IMG/VR virus record: IMGVR_UViG_3300010334_004649
Length of the DNA stretch: 64,000 nt
Source of the DNA: an uncultured virus (IMG/VR IMGVR_UViG_3300010334_004649)
Taxonomy: Duplodnaviria > Heunggongvirae > Uroviricota > Caudoviricetes
Reading direction: 5' to 3' (one strand)
The notes under the pieces were generated by a model. That model saw only the letters and a program-made list of their open reading frames with translations, did no database searches and was not told where the DNA came from. Shown here piece by piece: positions 10,201 to 19,153 of the stretch. How positions within the stretch are numbered: position 1 is the first letter of the stretch; each line of letters opens with the position of its first letter. Made by a program: the position numbers and the translations under genes.

Positions 10201-10635
10201 CTAGCAGGCCTCAAAAAGCAAATGAACACACACAGGGTAAATTTTAAAAAGCATCTTGCAGAAGGCACAGCTTCCGACCCACTGCAGGTTGGATATGGAC
10301 TGGAAGGTGAAGATATTCTTCAGCAGATGAAGCAACAACAACGTAGAATCTCTGAACTAACTAGTGTTGTTCGTCATATTATGCAAGAAGGTGTGATCGG
10401 TATGCTGCAAAACATCAAATCGCTGAACAAGGCCAAGGAACTACAATCCATAAAAAATCGCACTCCATATGGTGTTGTCTACGAAACTCAAAATGGTAGC
10501 AAAAGCAAAAAGATGTTTGAAACAGCAGATACAAGAGCCTATTGGCTGGATCTACATGCACTAGAGATTAAAAATCCACGCATGATTGATCCTGAAACCT
10601 TTGATCGTGCGATAGACAAAAAGACAAAGGCTTAA
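7225..10635 (+). CDS. Large modular protein, putative prohead core/internal head protein
   Basis: TAAATA 7178; GGAG RBS before ATG 7225; internal duplication (W[IV]AxxLTxxxxxxxxxxHYxDY twice), PAAEE repeats, CNECG twice. Confidence 0.6.
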   Translation: MYLNQFQTTDSTRLQQILSTLDHVHGVKINIDLANHHAVATLKETQLSYQILRDSIVNGSGFNSYQQNPEYIKSLLILEAVKIMLTEIAPKRRRSKKMNESTMDRNMKAKPTISTQLSDIALSVPQTSDEATAFSNTLSSIADKMAAKGTAFAGTDSALDSDEKAVMGWIKSLPRPIHVNNMISQGVKRWGPILLKKRMDTVASLPKIDMSEDRRLSPQQLNKISALGRAMIDYSTKTHSKDERELAILNSISRVGDKLASMGTDFGPKGLTDTEKKIVKLAQMRMKTHGDLTQDLDEELEIMTAETTRRANPGMDNIHESDTVIGQVSNRPKLPGDATFSQAHHYEYQASMARSELYRNAKYAMSMMKQVDPNGEVPPWIAACLTKSANMLDKIFHYLDYYKTFEPDQLPEGMDSDMELGETSGSIARENLMLIIEYSTNLFNMIKPGDKLEGWVAMKLTTASECISSSKHYMDYVQFEQHAMDDHFEEGRKAKRRTMAESRLYEEEDPDNETLARAQLILNAKSLSSKVQDMAEDVAKMSVNDLMPLVDSMRAQFGPEAATGFNTTVKTALDGLLENTTSTKEAIDTAVTTLQGGGVPAQPTDIEQATPEPAAEEPVAEEPPAEEPAAADQVGQEALGRAKKPMSEGMIKNLKRAASGWPSLGVPKIGGTGGKPKDVVARVKQMSDDQLQSLADRNDVAAGSPADLQIKAARQELRRRKTTQNEAWGTEMHTAKKDIGKWDDWTIAELKARKKQLMHKPERNEKEQKEVRQLNFAIRAKQKDHWGDVNENAMTCNECGMGTYMEDDHGKMCCNECGAVMIAETWPGYKKKMADQKKIMSRTDKEWNRITKINSEPPVVEAMFGKKITVTQEPGPLGGPAVPPNKAKDKAATTVQQVDIRGNPIEPSKISKKSTKPEVTQIDPKDMAKMLKEKAPPGEKAEQFIRDQKDVFKKRYGKNWESVLYATAWKEFGPKHEGYISAVKALAEAKGSLAGLKKQMNTHRVNFKKHLAEGTASDPLQVGYGLEGEDILQQMKQQQRRISELTSVVRHIMQEGVIGMLQNIKSLNKAKELQSIKNRTPYGVVYETQNGSKSKKMFETADTRAYWLDLHALEIKNPRMIDPETFDRAIDKKTKA

Positions 10636-10638
10636 CAA

Positions 10639-11004
10639 GTGTTGATCAAAGAGTTGCTGAAGGAAAGCAAGGTAGTAGACAACATAAACAATGATCTCAT
10701 GGATTTCATTGTAACCTATAGACGTAAAAACCGGCCATGGGCTCCCATGGCCGGGAAAAATGGTGCAGTGGAATACATGCTTAAATTGGGCTATGATGTT
10801 GATGCTGATGATCTGATGAAGTTACTATCGCAACCTATGTTTTCAGATGTGGTAGCACAGACTGGTCCTCAAAACATCAAGATCAAAACGGAAATACCAG
10901 ATCCTCTCAACGACAAGACTGCCGAAAAAGAACAAAAACAAATAGCCAACACTGCAGATAAGGTTGCAGATGCTGCAGTCAAATCTGGCGAGTTAGCATT
11001 ATAA
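10639..11004 (+). CDS. Hypothetical protein (putative virion)
   Basis: 121-aa ORF starting MLIKELLKES. Confidence 0.65.
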   Translation: MLIKELLKESKVVDNINNDLMDFIVTYRRKNRPWAPMAGKNGAVEYMLKLGYDVDADDLMKLLSQPMFSDVVAQTGPQNIKIKTEIPDPLNDKTAEKEQKQIANTADKVADAAVKSGELAL

Positions 11005-11019
11005 AGGAGATACAGTGTC

Positions 11020-11703
11020 ATGTCTTGCTCGTTGAACAATGCCAACTATTGGACCAGTTTTTACTATAACTATGCCTATAACCCCAACCCACCACCGTCC
11101 GGAGTTTTCAGCAACGCAGTAGATGCTCGCCACAGCCTACCAGCAGAAGAAGCAGTCAATGGCGAAGTCTACAATCTCCAGCAGGCAGTGTTTGCAGCCA
11201 TTAGCCAGGGCGTTTATCAAACGCAGGTATCTAACAATACATTGATGACTTACAGCACACCATTTACTCCATTGACATGGACGGTATCTGACAATTTCCT
11301 AATAATACCAAACCATCCATTTAATACTGGCAACATTGTTACAGTCAGCAGCACAGAAGACCTGCCTACACCACTACAGCAGGCCACTTATTATTATGTT
11401 ATCTTCGTTGATGTTAATACCATAATGCTGGCAACAAATTTTGCCAATGCAACCGCACAGCGCCCGATTCCCATTGTAATATCATCCTCCGGCTCGGGGG
11501 TTTTCAGTATCTATGCCTATTATCCCAGCCAAGACTACTATGGCGCGTGGGCAGGCGAAATGATGAGTAATCCTCTGCTGTCCCCGTCATACAACAACCA
11601 AATGAATGCTGTAATCAATTATTTTTCTACTTTAGGTTATATTGTCAACCGCATAGTTAACACCAATACTGGTAATACCTTTACCTGGGTCCTGCAGTGG
11701 TAG
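11020..11703 (+). CDS. Putative virion structural protein
   Basis: AAGGAG RBS; beta-rich segment NHPFNTGNIV...LPTPL...TYYYV of a type seen in phage structural proteins. Confidence 0.6.
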   Translation: MSCSLNNANYWTSFYYNYAYNPNPPPSGVFSNAVDARHSLPAEEAVNGEVYNLQQAVFAAISQGVYQTQVSNNTLMTYSTPFTPLTWTVSDNFLIIPNHPFNTGNIVTVSSTEDLPTPLQQATYYYVIFVDVNTIMLATNFANATAQRPIPIVISSSGSGVFSIYAYYPSQDYYGAWAGEMMSNPLLSPSYNNQMNAVINYFSTLGYIVNRIVNTNTGNTFTWVLQW

Positions 11704-11709
11704 TCTGTT

Positions 11710-11943
11710 ATGCGTAGCAGTTATGGTCCGGAAAAACTACTACTGGCTAGTAAAAAGCCGCAGATAATTGACTTAATTGCCAAATCCATACTCATGACAG
11801 AAGATGATATTCGCGCTTTGCAGGAGAAACCAGACGTGATCAAAGGTCTGTTGAACATTAGGCGTCAACATTATCAAATGGATGCTCAACTCAGGGCCGA
11901 AGCTATTGCAGATGCAATGATGGCCGCACAAAAACAAATATAG
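11710..11943 (+). CDS. Hypothetical protein
   Basis: 77-aa ORF. Confidence 0.55.
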   Translation: MRSSYGPEKLLLASKKPQIIDLIAKSILMTEDDIRALQEKPDVIKGLLNIRRQHYQMDAQLRAEAIADAMMAAQKQI

Positions 11944-11975
11944 TTCAATCCTAGTCAACCTGCTAAAATAACAAC

Positions 11976-12659
11976 ATGGCAATAACAAATCGGTACCCCT
12001 ATCAAAAACTCACAAGAGAAGACGGTGGAGCAGATGGTCGAAAATATGTTGATCCCACAGGTGAAAAACTCCCATCTGTAACAACCATACTGGATCGCAC
12101 GAAACCAGAAGAAAGCCGGCGTGCTCTAGCAGCATGGCGACGCAGCGTAGGCGACAAAAAAGCTACTGAAATCACCAATGAAGCAGCCTTTCGAGGTACT
12201 ATGATGCACAGTTTTCTCGAAAGGTTCATGCTTGGTGAGGACCCAAAACCTGGCAGTAATTTCTACCATCAACAGAGTTTCAAGATGGCCCAAGCCATTA
12301 TGCGCGAATACCTCATGCCTTTCATGGATGAAACCTGGGGTCTAGAAGCCTCACTGTATTACCCGGGTATCTATGCAGGAACCACTGATATGGCAGGTGT
12401 ATATCGTGGTAAACCCAGCATTGTAGATTTTAAACAATCAAATAAATTCAAAACAGATGATCGCGTGGTTGATTATAAACTACAACTTGCTGCCTATGCT
12501 CTAGCACATGATGTTTTGTATGGTACTGATATAAAACAAGGCGTAATCTTGATGTGTACCAAAGATTTGGTAGTGCAAAACTGGGTATTGAATGGATCAG
12601 AATTCGAAGAGTATAAAAATCTATGGTGGAAAAGAGTAGCCGATTACTATGAGGTATGA
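11976..12659 (+). CDS. PD-(D/E)XK exonuclease
   Basis: LPSVTTIL, RGTxMH, E...YAGTTD...IVDFKQS, QLAAY motifs. Confidence 0.88.
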   Translation: MAITNRYPYQKLTREDGGADGRKYVDPTGEKLPSVTTILDRTKPEESRRALAAWRRSVGDKKATEITNEAAFRGTMMHSFLERFMLGEDPKPGSNFYHQQSFKMAQAIMREYLMPFMDETWGLEASLYYPGIYAGTTDMAGVYRGKPSIVDFKQSNKFKTDDRVVDYKLQLAAYALAHDVLYGTDIKQGVILMCTKDLVVQNWVLNGSEFEEYKNLWWKRVADYYEV

Positions 12660-12661
12660 CA

Positions 12662-12820
12662 TCATTGATTGACGTTGTCTAACCAGTCAACATAGTCATC
12701 TACCAATTGGCACACATCTTCAACGGATATTTTGTTACTCGCAACAGTTTCAGCCCACTCCAAAGTCAGAAGTGGTATTTGTTCACGGGTTAGCCAACGC
12801 AGTTTGACTTGTTGATCCAT
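12662..12820 (-). CDS. Small hypothetical protein (52 aa, not in ORF track)
   Basis: MDQQVKLRWLTREQ...; TTGACC-N16-TATAAC upstream. Confidence 0.5.
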   Translation of the reverse strand: MDQQVKLRWLTREQIPLLTLEWAETVASNKISVEDVCQLVDDYVDWLDNVNQ

Positions 12821-12881
12821 GTCTACTGTTATAAGGTGTATATTTGGTTGGTCAATCTTTGAATTATATGTTTTTTGATTG

Positions 12882-13460
12882 TCAATATTCTTCGTTGATT
12901 TTTATTACTCTCTTACCAAGTTTTTCTATCATGTTATCTATGTTCAGGTTTGGTAAGAATCGCATGGTTATGCTGCGGCGAGGGGTATTTTGGCTAATGA
13001 CTCTGACCCTGTGGGGTTGTTGAATACTTAATAGTGCAGGGCGCTGTCCCTGCCACGAGCCAATTAATTGCGGTGTAGATTCTGTGTAATTCCACACTGT
13101 TACCGGAAAGACGTTCTGCTTGAAAATTAAATTTGGTTTTGCTCCTGCGCGACTGAACCATTCAACTGCGCTGTTGCCCTCTATCAACCAATTTATAGCC
13201 ACATGTCTGGGGTTGTTGGTATAATGGCCGTCGGTGTGTATATGATAAATTTCATCATTTGGTACTGGGTTCCAGGTCCACAACAGGAGAACATCTACAG
13301 TTAAACCTAGATCTCGTATGATAGTCTGCATTTCATCAGTTATGGCATCTGCATCGATCCGTTTGACTTGGTTAACCTGTGGAGTTGGCCAGACTACATT
13401 TGGACGCAATGGATTCATTGGCAAATCAAGCGATGCAAACAATATTTTAGAATCCATCAT
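12882..13460 (-). CDS. Putative cupin / 2OG-Fe(II) oxygenase-like protein
   Basis: IHTDG...AINW...PHRV...RRSITMRF (HxD...H...R pattern). Confidence 0.55.
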   Translation of the reverse strand: MMDSKILFASLDLPMNPLRPNVVWPTPQVNQVKRIDADAITDEMQTIIRDLGLTVDVLLLWTWNPVPNDEIYHIHTDGHYTNNPRHVAINWLIEGNSAVEWFSRAGAKPNLIFKQNVFPVTVWNYTESTPQLIGSWQGQRPALLSIQQPHRVRVISQNTPRRSITMRFLPNLNIDNMIEKLGKRVIKINEEY

Positions 13461-13633
13461 CTAATTTCTCCATTGGTCCTGGCTATTGGGGGACAACCAT
13501 TGTCGTCAACTGTCCAGTGCAGTTTTGCAGCTTGACGTTTGATTTCTCCAGGGTGTATATCTGGTGTGGTGTTTATACCAGGTTCAATTTTGCCAACACC
13601 TGCTGCCTCGCCGATTAACTCAAATAACCGCAT
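13457..13633 (-). CDS. Small late protein (58 aa, not in ORF track)
   Basis: MRLFELIGEAAGVGKIEPGINTTPDIHPGEIKRQAAKLHW...; TAAATA upstream on minus; ATGA overlap with next gene. Confidence 0.65.
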   Translation of the reverse strand: MRLFELIGEAAGVGKIEPGINTTPDIHPGEIKRQAAKLHWTVDDNGCPPIARTNGEIR

Positions 13634-13804
13634 TTAATTTCCCCCAGCCTGGTTATTTATCAGCACTAATTGTGACCAACACAAAAGATTTGGTCAACTA
13701 CCGCGCAGCAAGCTGTCGCGGCTTTCCGCTCGACGCAGCTAACGCTGCTGGTAAATACCACAAAGTTTGACGTAAATATTTCACATAGCGGAGTTGACAT
13801 TATT

Positions 13805-15367
13805 ATGGCCATCCAGACAATTTCAAGAATTCAAAATCGCAGGGGATTATATGCCGATCTGCCAGCGTCACTGGCAGAGGGAGAGTTTGGATGGTGTTTG
13901 GATACTCGCCAACTGTTTATCGGCAACAGCGACGGTTACGGAGGCAACACTGAAGTTCTCACCGAGTATAGCCAAAATACAGATATTATTTCCACTGTCT
14001 ACAACAACAATGGCCTGCAACTAGCCGCTGCTAAACCAAGAACACTGGGTAGCAAGTTGAATGACATAGTCAGTGTAAAAGATTTTGGTGCGGTTGGCAA
14101 TGGGTTAGTTAATGACGCACCTGCTATAAATGCTGCTATCACCAGTCTGCTTAAAAACTATCCCAATAGTGGCACTACTGTACCCTGTATACATTTACCT
14201 GCTGGAAAATATCTTATCAACAGCACCATATTGCTGTACCCTTATTTGAATTTACTTGGTGACAGTGACGGGGCCACAACAATACTCTGCAATGACCAAC
14301 AACTGATGTTTATGATGCAGACTGCAGATAGCCTAGGACAAACAGGGGCCAACATTGGTTTGAATAATGCTGCACTGCCGTCTCGCATCCGCCTGCAAGA
14401 TCTTGTAATCAACACCAATGGGTTTCACATGAATGCTGTGCAGTTGGTGCGTTATAATCACATACGGTTTGAACGTGTGACTTTTCAAGGCGGATGGACA
14501 CAAGGACAGGGTCTGTTGCAGGACTCGGCTGTTACACTAAAAAGTTTTGGCACTGCTATCAACACCTATGATGCACAGTTTATTGACTGTCAATTTAAAG
14601 GCTTTACTGTTGGCATCACAGCCGATGATCCTGTGACCTATACCGCTGTGGCTAGAAGTGTATTCCGCAACAATTATAGAGGTATGGCATTTGGTGTGAC
14701 GCCTGTCAGTGGTGGGCCAAGTTATACCAGTGTGTCACAGAGTTATTTCTATGCTTTGGAAAACTACAACATCATGGTTGGTGATGACAGTACCAATCCC
14801 GGAGTTCTCAGCACAAGCAACTCCTTTAACAGTGATGGTCGTAATCTTGGAGGATATCACATATATTGGGGAAATAACAGCACTTTAAACTCCAGTATCG
14901 GAGATGTGTTTGATATTTTACCTTCTATCAATAACAATGGTGTAAACAACATCATACTAGATGCACAGATACCACCATTGGGCACAGCACCCAGCAGAAC
15001 GACCATTATGATCACTACCGGTTCAATAGCTCCGGGCAGCAATGTAACTGTCAATGCTACTGGATTCAAAGGCTATAATCTCTACAGTATACAGACCAAT
15101 CAACCTGCCTGGGTTACCATTTACAGCAGCGCAGCAAGTCTAGTTGCCGATGCTGGGCGACCCATACACACAGATCCAACATCTGGAAGCGGTGTAATCG
15201 CCGAAGCCATTAACAATATAGGTACTATCAAATTATTTACACCAGCAGCAATTGGGTTCAGCAGCGAATCACCGCCCACTGACATAATACCCATAAAAGT
15301 GACCAATACTGCAGCCGGTGCAGCAGTCATCACCGTGACATTGACCCTACTACAAACAGAATCCTAA
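13805..15367 (+). CDS. Tail fibre/tailspike-like protein with beta-helix domain
   Basis: N-terminal IQNRRG...LAEGEFGWCLDTRQLFIGN; VSVKDFGAVGNG...DAPAINAAI...LPAGKYLI (pectate lyase 3-like). Confidence 0.75.
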   Translation: MAIQTISRIQNRRGLYADLPASLAEGEFGWCLDTRQLFIGNSDGYGGNTEVLTEYSQNTDIISTVYNNNGLQLAAAKPRTLGSKLNDIVSVKDFGAVGNGLVNDAPAINAAITSLLKNYPNSGTTVPCIHLPAGKYLINSTILLYPYLNLLGDSDGATTILCNDQQLMFMMQTADSLGQTGANIGLNNAALPSRIRLQDLVINTNGFHMNAVQLVRYNHIRFERVTFQGGWTQGQGLLQDSAVTLKSFGTAINTYDAQFIDCQFKGFTVGITADDPVTYTAVARSVFRNNYRGMAFGVTPVSGGPSYTSVSQSYFYALENYNIMVGDDSTNPGVLSTSNSFNSDGRNLGGYHIYWGNNSTLNSSIGDVFDILPSINNNGVNNIILDAQIPPLGTAPSRTTIMITTGSIAPGSNVTVNATGFKGYNLYSIQTNQPAWVTIYSSAASLVADAGRPIHTDPTSGSGVIAEAINNIGTIKLFTPAAIGFSSESPPTDIIPIKVTNTAAGAAVITVTLTLLQTES

Positions 15368-15449
15368 ACGGACAATCATAATCGACGATAGATAGAATCC
15401 ATCTCTCGGATCAATTGTATCCATGTCAGTCAATCCAAAGGAGGTCTAA

Positions 15450-15965
15450 ATGACCAATAGCGATAATTTTGGTAATTCAACAGCTCTACTCAATTCGTGG
15501 AAACAACTTCGTCTTTCAATGACACACGACCAAACTGACCAAGAACATCTTGATAAAGTAGTTGAATTTTGGAGCCATGCACCAATATCTCTACATGTAT
15601 TAGACTGGGATCAACCACATCTGTGGCCAAATGCCTGGAATCTCATGTATCAAAATAAATTTGATGAAAATGCAGTTGCCCTGGGCATGTTCTATTCACT
15701 TATATACTCTAGCGATCGCCGCTGGAATTCTCAAAGGATTGAGATATGTCTTATCAACAGCACACCTAAAAACTACCAGGGACTAATTTTGGAAGTCGAC
15801 GACCGATGGCTCCTGAATGTAGAATACAATAGACTGATCGACAGTACCAAAAACAGCAGGGATTATATAGTGCAGCAGACATATGACTACGAAAACAATC
15901 GCTACACTGCACGTTATAGTCAAGATCAAAGTCAGACAAAAACAAATGATAACCAAATATTTTGA
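15450..15965 (+). CDS. Hypothetical protein
   Basis: AAGGAGG RBS; 171 aa. Confidence 0.7.
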   Translation: MTNSDNFGNSTALLNSWKQLRLSMTHDQTDQEHLDKVVEFWSHAPISLHVLDWDQPHLWPNAWNLMYQNKFDENAVALGMFYSLIYSSDRRWNSQRIEICLINSTPKNYQGLILEVDDRWLLNVEYNRLIDSTKNSRDYIVQQTYDYENNRYTARYSQDQSQTKTNDNQIF

Positions 15966-16034
15966 AGTTTAAATAGAACGCTCTTACATTACACAGCGAC
16001 TTCAAAACATCAACAGACATAAAGAGGACTGCGC

Positions 16035-17003
16035 ATGACAACTCAAAAACAGGGTGATATTTTCGTCACCAAGAGAGACGGACACCAAGAACTATTGAAC
16101 ATCGAAAAATGGCAACAGCAAATCGCTAAGATTTGTAAAAATGTAGCAGATGTCAGCCAGTCTATGATCGAAATCAAAGCACAGTTACATTTTTATAACA
16201 ATATCACCACTACCGAAATCGATAGTATCACACTGCGGGCCATAGTTGATTTGATCGACATTGAGATCAACCCGGTGATTGGCCATACAAATTATCAATA
16301 TGTTGCTGGTAAACAACGCCTGTCAATGCTGCGCAAGGATGTTTATGGTTCCTATGAGGTACCGGATCTCTTGTCAATCGTCAAACGCAATGTAGAGGTA
16401 GGTCTCTATACTCCAGAACTGCTGGAATGGTACTCAGACGATGATTGGCACAAGATGAACGAGATGCTGGATCATGAAAAGGACGAGCAATACAGTTTTG
16501 CTGCTATTGAACAGATGATTGAAAAATATCTTGTTCGCAACAGGGCAACCAATAAGATCTATGAAACTCCGCAGATTCGCTACATTGTAGCCGCTGCTAC
16601 TGTTTTCCATAGAGAAGAACCAAATACGGCGAGAATGCGCTATATCAAAGAATACTACAATGCTGCATCAGATGGTTTGTTTACTCTTGCTACACCTGTG
16701 TTGGCTGGCCTTGGCACTCCAACTAAACAGTTTTCTAGTTGTGTGCTAATCCGCAGTGACGACAATTTGGATAGTATCTTTGCTTCTGGCGAGATGATGG
16801 CCAAGTATGCCAGTAAACGTGCTGGGATCGGATTGGAAATAGGTCGACTGCGCCCATTGGGCTCCTCAATTCGCGGTGGCGAAATCATGCATACTGGTAT
16901 GATACCTTTCTTGAAAAAATGGTTTGGTGATCTGCGCAGTTGCTGTGTTACCCCAGATACCTGGGTAGAGGTTTTAGATGAGGATAATTCTATAGATAAA
17001 TGA
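16035..17003 (+). CDS. nrdA: Class Ia RNR alpha, piece 1 (ATP cone to LRSC) plus 19-aa split-intein N half
   Basis: VTKRDG ATP cone, ETPQ, TPVLAG, FSSCVL (E. coli C225 equivalent); ends GDLRSC|CVTPDTWVEVLDEDNSIDK*. Confidence 0.95.
   Translation: MTTQKQGDIFVTKRDGHQELLNIEKWQQQIAKICKNVADVSQSMIEIKAQLHFYNNITTTEIDSITLRAIVDLIDIEINPVIGHTNYQYVAGKQRLSMLRKDVYGSYEVPDLLSIVKRNVEVGLYTPELLEWYSDDDWHKMNEMLDHEKDEQYSFAAIEQMIEKYLVRNRATNKIYETPQIRYIVAAATVFHREEPNTARMRYIKEYYNAASDGLFTLATPVLAGLGTPTKQFSSCVLIRSDDNLDSIFASGEMMAKYASKRAGIGLEIGRLRPLGSSIRGGEIMHTGMIPFLKKWFGDLRSCCVTPDTWVEVLDEDNSIDK
16944..17000 (+). mobile_element. Split intein N fragment (19 aa)
   Basis: Block A-like CVTPDTWVEV starts exactly where the NrdA motif RSC|SQGG breaks. 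Confidence 0.85.
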
Positions 17004-17008
17004 CAGTT

Positions 17009-17047
17009 TTTCGTATACCAGCATAAATAATATGGAGGTATACGAAA
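17009..17047 (+). promoter_or_regulatory. RBS-sequestering hairpin enclosing a late promoter
   Basis: TTTCGTATACC (17009-17019) pairs with GGTATACGAAA (17037-17047); TAAATA at 17024-17029; GGAGGT at 17034-17039. Confidence 0.75.
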
Positions 17048-18141
17048 TGCTAAATTATCTACAAGAATCATATAATGGATCACAAACTAATATGCTAATG
17101 AACTCTGCTTATTATTGCTATACAATTAAAGACACGGAAACAGGAAAGTTTTACTCTGGTTCTCGCGGAGTTGAAGGTAGTGGTATGCACGATTTGTTAA
17201 TAAAGTATTTTACCAGTTCAACAGTGATTGATTTTAAGGAAAAACTAAAAAAATTCCCAGATTTGTTTGAATATAGAGTTGAATACTTTAAAACTAGAAG
17301 CGATGCATTCGCAGCAGAAAAAATATTCCATCAAAAGCATCAAGTTGGTAAGAATCCTGATTTTTTAAATTCTCTTACAGCAGGGGGATCAAACTGTGGG
17401 GCGGGTTCTGTGTTATGCAAAGACAACTGTGGCAATACTTATCGAGTAACGGTAGAAGAATTCGCTACAGGAAAACATCAGCACGTTACGAAAGGTATGA
17501 TGAATATACGCACAGTAACAGGTATTAAAAAAATATATACCACAGACTTTGATCCTAATACTCAATTGACTGAATTTAACGATTACGTTCTGGCATTAGA
17601 CACAACTACTGGAAAAACTTTCAGAATCCCAAAGACTACTTTTAGGTCTAACCCTAATTTTGTCGGCATTACTAAAGGGAAAGTAGCGGCATATGATACT
17701 GTTAATAAATGTAAAAAATTGGTGTCACAGAATGAATTCAACAACTCAAATGGCAGATATGTTGGTAATACATTTGGGTTAGTTCCGGTTATAGACAGAG
17801 ACACCGGAGAAAAGAAACTAGTAGCAAAAGAAAAATATGATAAAAATGTATATAAACATCATAATACCGGAAATATTGTAGTATATTCCATTGCTGAAAG
17901 AAAAGTTGTCACAATAAGCAAGGAAGAATATGAGACAAATTCTACCAACTACGCCAATTTAAGTACTAAGGTTTTCTATAAAGTAGATGGTAAGTTTTTT
18001 AAATCAAAAGATCTAATGAATGAATACTACAAAACAACTAGAGGTAAAACGGTATTAAAAGTCAGTCAATTTGAGATGTCCGATAGGTTTACTGATATCA
18101 AAACTTTAACAAGAGAAGAACACGAAAATGGTAAAAACTAA
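17047..18141 (+). CDS. Free-standing GIY-YIG (Seg-like) homing endonuclease
   Basis: YCYTIKDTETGKFYSGSR...YFTSS...AFAAE...FLN; C-terminal repeated modules; AT-rich; lies between intein halves. Confidence 0.8.
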   Translation: MLNYLQESYNGSQTNMLMNSAYYCYTIKDTETGKFYSGSRGVEGSGMHDLLIKYFTSSTVIDFKEKLKKFPDLFEYRVEYFKTRSDAFAAEKIFHQKHQVGKNPDFLNSLTAGGSNCGAGSVLCKDNCGNTYRVTVEEFATGKHQHVTKGMMNIRTVTGIKKIYTTDFDPNTQLTEFNDYVLALDTTTGKTFRIPKTTFRSNPNFVGITKGKVAAYDTVNKCKKLVSQNEFNNSNGRYVGNTFGLVPVIDRDTGEKKLVAKEKYDKNVYKHHNTGNIVVYSIAERKVVTISKEEYETNSTNYANLSTKVFYKVDGKFFKSKDLMNEYYKTTRGKTVLKVSQFEMSDRFTDIKTLTREEHENGKN

Positions 18142-18532
18142 AAAGATTCAAATTAAAGATCTAACCGCAGGTATGAAAATTAAAACTAAAAATGAGAACG
18201 GCGAAATAGTGTTTAAAACAGTAACTAATAAATGGGATACTACTGTAAATCAACACGACCAAGTTCGATTAGAATTTGAAAATGGTGTGACATTGAATTG
18301 CTCAGTGAATCACCCTATTATGGTGCTACATGAGTCGGGATCGTTCTTGCAAAAGAAGCCAACGGATCTTACAAATGAAGATCGCGTTCTTACTGAAAAT
18401 GGATTTACTCGCTTGCTGGTTGCAGATTTTGAACAGCAAAACGACACCAGATACATTGATATTACAGTAGACGACACCCATACATTTTTTGCTTCGAATA
18501 GCAGCCATGGTCCTATGGTCTTGACTCACAAC
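18128..18532 (+). mobile_element. Split intein C fragment (blocks B, F, G)
   Basis: Ends His-Asn at 18532, Ser+1 at 18533. Confidence 0.9.
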
Positions 18533-19108
18533 AGCCAAGGAGGGATCCGGAACGCAAGTGCTACTGTATTTTATCCAATTTGGCATCTTCAGTTTGATGA
18601 TCTTATTGTTCTTAAGAATAACCAAGGCACAGAAGAAACTAGGGTACGACATATGGACTACGGAGTGGTACTTTCTGCCTTCTTCTGGAGGAGATTTAAA
18701 AACAAAGAAAATATAACATTCTTTGATCCAAATGAAGTACCTGACTTGTACGAAGCATTTTATAAAGATATCGCCGCTTTTGAAAAACTGTATGTAAAAT
18801 ATGAAAAGCGTAAAGACTTACGTACTAAAACAATGGCAGCTGAAGATGTATTCAAAGGCGGCATATTAAAAGAGCGCACAGATACTGGACGCATTTATCT
18901 TGTGTTTATCGACAACGTACAGAATCAAGGTCCATTTGATCCCAACTTCCACACCATTTATCAAAGTAATCTTTGTTTGGAGATTTTGTTGCCAACTGTT
19001 GCAATGGGTACTACAAAGAAGAAGTTTATTAAGGTTAAAAAAGAAGTAGCAAGTGACTTTTTACTAAACAAACCAGAGCAATTTGTTAAACTGAAGAAAC
19101 TGAAATAG
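18128..19108 (+). CDS. nrdA: Split-intein C half (135 aa) plus RNR alpha piece 2 plus Lys-rich tail
   Basis: CSVNHPI (block B), YIDITVDDTHTFF...LTHN|SQGGIRNASA; QSNLCLEI (N437/C439/E441 equivalents); then TTKKKFIKVKK...KLKKLK*. Confidence 0.93.
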   Translation: MVKTKKIQIKDLTAGMKIKTKNENGEIVFKTVTNKWDTTVNQHDQVRLEFENGVTLNCSVNHPIMVLHESGSFLQKKPTDLTNEDRVLTENGFTRLLVADFEQQNDTRYIDITVDDTHTFFASNSSHGPMVLTHNSQGGIRNASATVFYPIWHLQFDDLIVLKNNQGTEETRVRHMDYGVVLSAFFWRRFKNKENITFFDPNEVPDLYEAFYKDIAAFEKLYVKYEKRKDLRTKTMAAEDVFKGGILKERTDTGRIYLVFIDNVQNQGPFDPNFHTIYQSNLCLEILLPTVAMGTTKKKFIKVKKEVASDFLLNKPEQFVKLKKLK

Positions 19109-19153
19109 TTAGTGGATTGGTGGAAATATTTTAACACATTTTGGAGTTGAAGA

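Noticed and set aside
11976..12659. Cas4 / CRISPR-associated nuclease
   Set aside because: No Fe-S cysteine cluster and no array; ordinary phage PD-(D/E)XK exonuclease
17001..18130. Group I intron in nrdA
   Set aside because: Flanks encode intein motifs, the endonuclease overlaps the next ORF, and there is no room for a ribozyme core
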